DNA of 61,114 nucleotides from Myxococcota bacterium (GTDB lineage Bacteria; Myxococcota; XYA12-FULL-58-9; JALHOP01): NCBI GenBank assembly GCA_041288095.1, contig JBGGMJ010000107.1, positions 1 to 61,114 of the forward strand, read 5' to 3'. Shown piece by piece: positions 54,545 to 61,114 of this stretch (position 1 is its first letter; each line of letters starts with the position of its first letter). The notes under the pieces were generated by a model. It saw only the letters and a program-made list of their open reading frames with translations, ran no database searches and was not told where the DNA came from. The position numbers and the translations under genes were made by a program.

Positions 54545-56049
54545 CGTGACGCCTCACGGACTTCTTCGTCGGCGCGCAGGCATTCGCTGCGGAGCGTGTG
54601 CCGGTAATAGCCGAGCTCGTCGAGCCAGACTTCCTTGCGCTGGCTCCAGTGCTGCCAGGCGTCGCTCGGAATCTCGGGGCGCGGCAGCCGACCACGGCGG
54701 TTCTTCAAGATCTCACGGCCCTGCTCGAGCCAGTTGCGCTCGGCATCGGCGACCTCGAAGTCGAGGATGCGCATCTGCGTCGTGAAGTTCTTCAGGTTGT
54801 CTTGAAGGTAGCGCAGCTGCGCGACGACGTGGCGACCCAGCGCAGCCTCGAGCTCGCCACGCTGCTCGTCGATGATGCGACGCAGGTCGCGTCCGATGCG
54901 CTGGTTGCCCCACGCGGCGATCCCCGCGATGGCGCGCGACTCCCAGGCCATATGCTGCAACTCGAAATGGAAGTCCTTGAAGCGCTGGCCGCGGCGCACC
55001 TCGCGGGCGAGCTCGGGCGCGTAGAGCTTCGCGCCCTCCGCGAGAATGTCGCGATAGTAGGTCGCGGGCGCGCGCTCGCCGCCCAGGTAACGCTCGAGCT
55101 CCGCGGTCATCGGTTCGTAGGTGCGGCGGTAGACGTCGTACGTGGCCCGCACGCGATCCCATTGGCAGTTGACGAAATAGGTAGTGGCACGCACCACCCA
55201 GACCTCGGGCACATGCCGGCGCGCGAAGTACGGAGAGAGGACGCTCTCGACGTCGCCCATGGCGCGGCCGAAATCGTTGTCGCGGAAATGGGCCCATGAG
55301 GTTTCGTAGATCGCGGTGAACCACTGCTCGGAGGCGCGGGGCACCTCTTCGTAGAGCTTGGATGCTTCCGCGTACTCACCCAGGGCGTAGCTCGAGCGAG
55401 CCGCGGCGATCAGCGCGAGGTCTCGCTCGCGCGAGGCGGAGCTATTCTTGCTGTCGGCCTTCACGTGGCCGCGCACCGCCATGAAGTGGCCGCGCGCTCT
55501 CTGGTTGTCGCCCGCGCGCGCGGCGAGGACGCCCAACAGGTAGCGCGCCTTGCTGTACTCGACGGACTCGGGAGTAACGGCCTCGAGGAAGCGCTGCGCC
55601 TCCGTGTACTTGCGCTGGCGAAACGACAGCTCACCGATGATGAAGTTCACACGCTCGGCTTGCGCCTTGTCGAGCTGGCCGAAGGCTTGCGGATCGTAGT
55701 GCTCGTCGAGCGCGATGGCGACGTAGAGATGGTCGTGCAGCGCGTCGCGCACGTCGAGCAGCCCGGCAATCGCCGCGAGATAGAAACGGTTCTTCGGGCC
55801 CGCCTCGAAGAGGTCGCGATAGTAGAAGTACGCTGGAACGTACAAGCCGAGACGTTTCAGGCAGTCGGCGAGATAGACCTCGGCGGTGTCGCGCTTGTCC
55901 TCGACGGTGTCGCGCGCCAAGACCTCGTAAAACTGAGCGGCCGCTTCGGCGTATTGCCCGCCTTCGTAAGCCTTGAGCCCGCGCTGCAGGTCCTGCGCAT
56001 GCGCAAGACCGCCATAGAGGAGCACCGTGGCTAATACGAAGGTTCTCAT
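54541..56049 (-). CDS. gltC: TPR protein, GltC/NfsC-like
   Basis: Signal peptide, TPRs, SPYF..PE and C-terminal W..KEVWLDELGYYR..L.SEC. Confidence 0.8.
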   Translation of the reverse strand: MRTFVLATVLLYGGLAHAQDLQRGLKAYEGGQYAEAAAQFYEVLARDTVEDKRDTAEVYLADCLKRLGLYVPAYFYYRDLFEAGPKNRFYLAAIAGLLDVRDALHDHLYVAIALDEHYDPQAFGQLDKAQAERVNFIIGELSFRQRKYTEAQRFLEAVTPESVEYSKARYLLGVLAARAGDNQRARGHFMAVRGHVKADSKNSSASRERDLALIAAARSSYALGEYAEASKLYEEVPRASEQWFTAIYETSWAHFRDNDFGRAMGDVESVLSPYFARRHVPEVWVVRATTYFVNCQWDRVRATYDVYRRTYEPMTAELERYLGGERAPATYYRDILAEGAKLYAPELAREVRRGQRFKDFHFELQHMAWESRAIAGIAAWGNQRIGRDLRRIIDEQRGELEAALGRHVVAQLRYLQDNLKNFTTQMRILDFEVADAERNWLEQGREILKNRRGRLPRPEIPSDAWQHWSQRKEVWLDELGYYRHTLRSECLRADEEVREASR

Positions 56050-56771
56050 AGGAGGAAGCTCAAGCCTCCGATGAGCATGATGTTGTTGCGGATGTCCGTG
56101 GTGGTTCCGGCCCCTTCACCCGCGCGGTCGGCGTAAACCAAGTCGCGCAGCTCGATGCGCAACCCGATCCAGTCGGCGAAGAAGAGGCGCAAGCCGCCAC
56201 CCACGCTCGCGGCGATCTTGTAGCGATCGGTGCTTTCGAGCGGAGCGCGCAGCCCGCGCCCGAGTGCCTCGTTGTCGGGGCCGCAATCGCCCTGCCCGGC
56301 CGGCGCGCAAGGCTCGACGGTGGTCGCGATGGCGGGCCCGGCGGAGCCGTAGATATCGTAGTCGATCAGGTGGCCATAGAAATCGAACTTGCCGTAGAGC
56401 GCCGAAAACTGCAGGCTCACCGCTCCGAAATAGCGGAGCTTCTTCAAGTCGACCGGTTCGGGAGCGAGGCGCTCGGCGTCGTTGAGCTCGTAGACCAGAC
56501 TCGAATACGCCGAACGCATGATGCCGGGGATCGAGCTGCTGAATTCGAGCGCCAGGTTCTCGCGCGGATGGTAGACCAGCGCCAGGCCCGGACCCATCGA
56601 TGACGAGAACTTGTTGCTCATCGTCATGAAGAAGAACGGCGTCAGCTCGACGGAGCCGCGCTTGAGATACGCCCGTCGCTGCACCACGTAGATCGACTCG
56701 TCGGGCAACGTGAGGTTACGCGGTGTCTCGTCCGCTGCAGCGAGCAAGAGTGCGAGGGCCAAGGTCGTCAT
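56046..56771 (-). CDS. Outer-membrane beta-barrel protein, GltA/GltB (NfsA/B) family
   Basis: Start MTTLALALLLAAA (ATGA overlap); IYVVQRRAYLKRGSVEL, LYGK, GLRIELRD, GGLSFLL. Confidence 0.8.
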   Translation of the reverse strand: MTTLALALLLAAADETPRNLTLPDESIYVVQRRAYLKRGSVELTPFFFMTMSNKFSSSMGPGLALVYHPRENLALEFSSSIPGIMRSAYSSLVYELNDAERLAPEPVDLKKLRYFGAVSLQFSALYGKFDFYGHLIDYDIYGSAGPAIATTVEPCAPAGQGDCGPDNEALGRGLRAPLESTDRYKIAASVGGGLRLFFADWIGLRIELRDLVYADRAGEGAGTTTDIRNNIMLIGGLSFLL

Positions 56772-57739
56772 GGGGACACCACGAGGCCCACCATGGCGAC
56801 GTTGCGCCATGACATGTGCGGCTCGAGCAAACCGTCGCCGTCGTTGTCCAGCGACTGCCGCCAGATGATGGCGCGGTACTCGCCGCGCACCGCGAGCCAC
56901 TGGTTCAAGAAGATGCTGACGCCCGCGCCGATGGTGGCATGAGGCACCGCGTTGCCAAACATGCCGCCCTCGCCGGCCTTGCCGCCACTGAGCAAGTAAC
57001 CTGTCTGCGATGACGGATCGTATTCGGCGGTGATGAGGCGCGTGCCATTCAGCCCGCCACCGGCGAGGAGATAGAGCTGCATATCGAAGTCGAGCTCCGA
57101 CACCAGATTCACCTTGCCGTAGAACGGCAGCCAGATGGCGGTGAGGTCGACGCTCCCCGTCATCTGCGCGCTGTCCGGGACGCCCAGAGACAGGTCGCAC
57201 GTCGGAGCGTTCACGGTGCGGCACGCGGTCACTTTGTTGCCGAGCACTCCGGCGCCGTCGGTGACGATGTCCGTCAGGCCGCCACCAAAGAAGCTGAGCG
57301 TGCCGCCGATGCCCCAGTGCTCGGCGAAGTGGTAGCGCAGGTCGAGAGCGGCGCCGGTCTGCTGGACGTACTTGTCGACCAGGCTCGTCGCGAAGGCGAG
57401 CGTGAAGTCCAAGCGGCGCGCCGTTGGGTGGGCGACGTTCATGATGAGCGGCGCGTCAGCGAGGTCGGCGTCTCCGAATGGGTCGTCGGAGTAGACAGGC
57501 TCACGGTCCGCCCCCGTTATCGCGGCGGCGGCCGCTGGAGCGGGCACTGAGCCCCTCGCCACCGGCGCCCGCTCCTGCGCCGCGGCCCTGCCGTCAAAAA
57601 GGCAGATCGCCGCGCAGAAAAGCCCAATTGAGCCCGTGAGACCTGGGCCTAGCGCACGCTGATTGGGTGACAAGCGGAAAGCTCCGAGAGGAGGGATATC
57701 CAGTGTCAGTATCGGGGCGCCAAAGCCCTTTGTTTCCAC
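56768..57739 (-). CDS. Outer-membrane beta-barrel protein, GltA/GltB (NfsA/B) family; start uncertain
   Basis: DKY..G..L.YHFAEHW, W.PFYGKVNLVSE..FD.Y..AGGG, WLAVRGEYR; paralogous to the next gene. Confidence 0.75.
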   Translation of the reverse strand: METKGFGAPILTLDIPPLGAFRLSPNQRALGPGLTGSIGLFCAAICLFDGRAAAQERAPVARGSVPAPAAAAAITGADREPVYSDDPFGDADLADAPLIMNVAHPTARRLDFTLAFATSLVDKYVQQTGAALDLRYHFAEHWGIGGTLSFFGGGLTDIVTDGAGVLGNKVTACRTVNAPTCDLSLGVPDSAQMTGSVDLTAIWLPFYGKVNLVSELDFDMQLYLLAGGGLNGTRLITAEYDPSSQTGYLLSGGKAGEGGMFGNAVPHATIGAGVSIFLNQWLAVRGEYRAIIWRQSLDNDGDGLLEPHMSWRNVAMVGLVVSP

Positions 57740-57756
57740 GGACTACGCACGGGCTT

Positions 57757-58299
57757 TTAGCCTGTGCCGGCCTTGACCATGTCCCCGAGGACGACATTGC
57801 TGACGTAGTAAAACACGCTTTGGCCGAAACGGACGCAATCGCCCGACGCAAGCGGCGTTAGAACGTGCGGCTGCAAGGCTTTGCGGTTGACGAAGGTTCC
57901 GTTCGAGCTCCCGACATCCTGGACCGAGACCGGATGGTCGTCGACGCCAAGCGCGAAGTGGGCGTGAACACTCGAGGTCGCCGGGTCGCTAATGACGATA
58001 TCGGCGGTCGAAGCGCGACCGACCGTGATGTGGTCCCAGAGGCTTTCCGGCTTCTTCTGGAGCGGCACGACGATCGATTCCAGGGCCACGACGCCACGGA
58101 GCTTGTCCACCTGCTCGGCGCGCTCCGCCTTCATCATGGCGATGGTTTCGTGCATGAACACCATCGTCGATGTTGGAGGACCGGCCGGTTTGTCCCGCAG
58201 CACGACTTCGCTGGAGCCTTCCGCCGAGATGAGAACGTCGGACCGGCCCAGCTCAGCGATTCGCAGCGGCTCCCGCACGAGATCACCGAAGGTCAACAT
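57757..58299 (-). CDS. Stand-alone FHA-domain protein
   Basis: ITVGR..DIVI.D..SSVHA..DVGSSNGTFVN..GDCVRFG. Confidence 0.9.
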   Translation of the reverse strand: MLTFGDLVREPLRIAELGRSDVLISAEGSSEVVLRDKPAGPPTSTMVFMHETIAMMKAERAEQVDKLRGVVALESIVVPLQKKPESLWDHITVGRASTADIVISDPATSSVHAHFALGVDDHPVSVQDVGSSNGTFVNRKALQPHVLTPLASGDCVRFGQSVFYYVSNVVLGDMVKAGTG

Positions 58300-58435
58300 G
58301 ACCGTCTCGGTATAATCGCTTTGCCGCGCTCAGGCAAACCCGTGACTACCGCCGTCGAGACAGGTCTGGAACGGACCCGAGACGGCCTTGGAACGGCTTG
58401 CAACCAGAGAGGAAAGACGCCATTTAGCCAGGCGC

Positions 58436-58876
58436 ATGGCGACCTTGAAAGAGCTGATCCAGGACCAGGCCAAACGCCGGGCGATTGTCGATGACTGCGC
58501 ACGGCTGGTTGACGAAGAAGTAAGCGCCAAGGGAGGCCTCTCGGGGCTCGCCATCAAGGGTGCCTACGCCGTCGTCAAAGCCCTCAAGCCGGGCATGGTC
58601 CGCGACGCCTGCGAGCACCTCATCGACGAGTTCGTCGAGAAGCTCGAGCCCTACTACGCCGAGCACAAAGCCAAGGGCTCGGGCACCTTCGTCGCGTTTC
58701 TCGCGCCGAAGAGCACCGAGGTCGCGAATGCGCTGCTCGGCGTTACCGATCGCAAGGCAGCTCGCGCGAAGAACCCGACGATCAAGAAAGCCTACGAGAA
58801 GCTGCGGCCGACGGGCGTGAAGAACGTCGAGTCAGCGGTTCCGGGCATCGCGAAGATCATCGAGCGGCACGCCTGA
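58436..58876 (+). CDS. Conserved hypothetical protein (DUF6918-like)
   Basis: DC..LVDEEV..KGGLSGLAIK.AY.VVK.LKPG...A.ALLGVTD.KA...KKAYEKLRP..NVE.AVP. Confidence 0.75.
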   Translation: MATLKELIQDQAKRRAIVDDCARLVDEEVSAKGGLSGLAIKGAYAVVKALKPGMVRDACEHLIDEFVEKLEPYYAEHKAKGSGTFVAFLAPKSTEVANALLGVTDRKAARAKNPTIKKAYEKLRPTGVKNVESAVPGIAKIIERHA

Positions 58877-60203
58877 GGGGCGGCCTCCGCGGCGTCCCAC
58901 CCATGCGCGCGTTCCAGGCTCTCCGCAATCGCGGAACCGGCTGCGTGATCATGCGGATGTCGAACCCACGCGCGAACGACACGGGCGCGAGCATGACCGG
59001 CGCCAGCATGTGCGCCTTCGGAGCCGGACCGACTTGGCGCAGCGCCCCCAAGGTCGCGAGCCGCAGCACGGCCGAGATGGCGAACACCGCGAAGTAGGCA
59101 CCGTTGCCCGCGCCCAGCGCCGCCAGCAAGGCGCCACCCAACGTCGCGCCGATCACCATCGCGCAGGCGTTGCACAGGTTGAACGCCGAAAGCATCGCCG
59201 CGCGCTCGTTCGCTGGGATGGTCTCCAGGTAGAGGAAGAACGTCGCCATCTCGAAGCAACCCCAAGCGAAGCCCGAGAGGATCTGCACCGCGAGCAGCAC
59301 CTTGAAGTCGGTGGTGAAGATCCACGGCAACGGCAGCAACGTGATGCCCGCGCCGCCGACCCAGAGCAGCGTCTTGGCGTCGAGCTTCTTCAAGATGCGC
59401 GCGCACACGGGATAGATGCAGATGCGGCCGATGTAGATGGCGGCGGTCAGCAGCATGAACGAGCGGTAGGGGAGCTCCAAACGCTTGAGCATGTACGGCG
59501 TGAAGTACGGCGCCGCGAAGTAAACCGCGACGTTGCTCATCAACACGTAGCGCATGACGCGTCCGTCGGCGCGGCCGCGCAAGCGCTGCACGAACTCCTT
59601 GATGGTGACGCTGGTCGCCATGGTTGCCTGGGTGGCGACGTCCGGCTGACGCGTCAGGGCATAGATCGATGCGATGCGAGCGATGACCGCGATAGCGAGC
59701 ACACCGGCGAAGGTCGCCTTGGCGTCGAGGAGCAAACCCGACAGCAGCACCGCGCCGATGAGCGACGCTTGCAGATAGCGGTTGCGGGTCGCGAAGTAGC
59801 GCGGCCGGATACGACTGGGCACGAGCTGCTCGATCCAACCGTTCCAACCCGCGCCGGCGGCCTGAGCGCTCGCGAAGTAGAGCGCGACGATGGCGAAGGC
59901 GAGCGGTGTCGAAATGTGGCCACGCAAGCTCGCCACCGCGAGCACGGCGAGGGCGAGCGCCTGCATCGACGCACAGGCGACCACCCAGGCGCGATGGGAG
60001 CCAATCTTCACCAGGAAGCGAGGTGTCGCGAGCTGCAAGACGGCGCCCGCCAGCAGCGGCACCGAGCCCACGAGCCCGGCGACGGTCGCGCTCTTCCCGA
60101 GCGCCAACAAGAGCGCGGGGAAATTCGTTTCGCCCATCCCGACCATGACGTTGCAGAGCACACCGTCGGTACTAGAGAGCTTCAGGGTACGGCGAAGGGA
60201 CAT
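58857..60203 (-). CDS. MFS transporter
   Basis: About 12 hydrophobic helices, LVP..RPRYFA.R loop, two-fold MFS repeat; start 60203 or 60227. Confidence 0.85.
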   Translation of the reverse strand: MSLRRTLKLSSTDGVLCNVMVGMGETNFPALLLALGKSATVAGLVGSVPLLAGAVLQLATPRFLVKIGSHRAWVVACASMQALALAVLAVASLRGHISTPLAFAIVALYFASAQAAGAGWNGWIEQLVPSRIRPRYFATRNRYLQASLIGAVLLSGLLLDAKATFAGVLAIAVIARIASIYALTRQPDVATQATMATSVTIKEFVQRLRGRADGRVMRYVLMSNVAVYFAAPYFTPYMLKRLELPYRSFMLLTAAIYIGRICIYPVCARILKKLDAKTLLWVGGAGITLLPLPWIFTTDFKVLLAVQILSGFAWGCFEMATFFLYLETIPANERAAMLSAFNLCNACAMVIGATLGGALLAALGAGNGAYFAVFAISAVLRLATLGALRQVGPAPKAHMLAPVMLAPVSFARGFDIRMITQPVPRLRRAWNARMGGTPRRPPLRRAAR

Positions 60204-60264
60204 GGGGGGTTGCGTTGCAACGTTCACAAGTGAAACGTCACAGGCACGTGATCTATTTAATACC

Positions 60265-61114
60265 CTAGAGCTGCTGCTGTTGCCTGCTTTCCGCCGGCGT
60301 CAACGCCACGCCGGTCGCCGGATCGACGGGCACGAAGAACTCCTCGCCGGGCGTCTCGGCGATGATGCGCAGAATGTCGATTTCGGCCTGGGTGCACCAC
60401 AGGTGCTGCTCGCCGAGCGGCAACCAGCTCGGCAGGAGCTTTTCCTGCACGAAGGTAAAGGTGAAGATGCGCTTCAAGAAGATGCGCATGCGGTGCGTCT
60501 CCTCGTCGCTGAGCGAGATGATGCGGTGGGGGGTGACCTTCTCCTGCTCGCTGAAGCCCTTCGGCTGAACCGGCGGCAACGTCTCGGTGCGCACGAGGGT
60601 GCCGGTGCCGATGCGCGAGAAGTTGTCGATGATGACTTCACCGTTCTTGGTGAGCCCCTCGAGCCGCGCCGCTAGATTCACGACGCGTCCGCAAACCGTG
60701 TAGTCCATGCGCCGCCACGAGCCGATGTTGCCGACGATGGCCTTGCCGCTCGCCATCGCGAATCCGAACTCCGAGGGCTCGACATCGAGACGCTCGCCCT
60801 TCACGGCGCGCTCGCGAAGGAAACGGTTCAAGACCCGGCAGGACGCCTTCATCGCGGTGAGCGCGATGACGCCACGCCGCTTGTGACCATCCATGTCCTC
60901 GGTGTCGCCGCGCTCGAAGACGGCCATGATGGCGTCGCCCATGGTCTTGTCGACGACCCCTCCGCTAAAAGCGACACACTCGATGAACAGGTGGAAGTAC
61001 GTGTTGACGATGCGGACGATCTCGTCGGCGGTGCGGCGGTTCGAGATCGCGGTGTAGCCGCGCATGTCGCCGAAGAGCACGGCGAGATCATGGAGGCGGC
61101 CGCCGGGCTTGGTG
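60265..61114 (-). CDS. Class III adenylate/guanylate cyclase-domain protein (partial, 5' end beyond the window)
   Basis: LFGDMRGYT, DKTMGDAIMA, VGNIGS..RMDYTV.G..VNLAARLE; frame stays open to the window edge. Confidence 0.9.
   Translation of the reverse strand, partial: TKPGGRLHDLAVLFGDMRGYTAISNRRTADEIVRIVNTYFHLFIECVAFSGGVVDKTMGDAIMAVFERGDTEDMDGHKRRGVIALTAMKASCRVLNRFLRERAVKGERLDVEPSEFGFAMASGKAIVGNIGSWRRMDYTVCGRVVNLAARLEGLTKNGEVIIDNFSRIGTGTLVRTETLPPVQPKGFSEQEKVTPHRIISLSDEETHRMRIFLKRIFTFTFVQEKLLPSWLPLGEQHLWCTQAEIDILRIIAETPGEEFFVPVDPATGVALTPAESRQQQQL

Overview
High-GC bacterial chromosomal segment that looks myxobacterial (Myxococcota-like), judged from a bactofilin, a PilZ protein, an FHA/sigma54 activator next to a Ser/Thr kinase, an ElbD-type multidomain lipid enzyme and a Glt/Nfs-type operon. 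About 50 CDS are supportable. Housekeeping genes are eno, trxB, murI, metH and a cN-II 5'-nucleotidase. Also present: elbD/elbE-like ether-lipid genes, a divergent CarF/TMEM189-like desaturase, an SRPBCC-ArsR pair with twin palindromic operators, a GT-C/GT2 glycosylation pair, and an 8-gene translationally coupled Glt/Nfs-like operon (48256-57739). Directly downstream of that operon are two tandem paralogues (44565-48179). Each carries an unknown helical domain, an FrpC-type self-processing-module (SPM)-like Ca-binding domain with Ser-Pro in place of the Asp-Pro cleavage site, and a shared C-terminal TSGFRA. Each is preceded by a conserved, co-varying two-hairpin leader. This is the best candidate for an undescribed system. 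Non-coding oddities: a truncated four-helix-bundle cassette bracketed by 7-bp repeats, a ~150-bp structured element with 8-bp direct repeats upstream of metH, and a recurring GCAAC-N14/15-(G/C)(C/G)CGA(T/A)A promoter-like motif before three orphan genes. No rRNA, tRNA, CRISPR array, intact transposase or prophage was recognised. All family assignments come from motif recognition by eye, not database searches.
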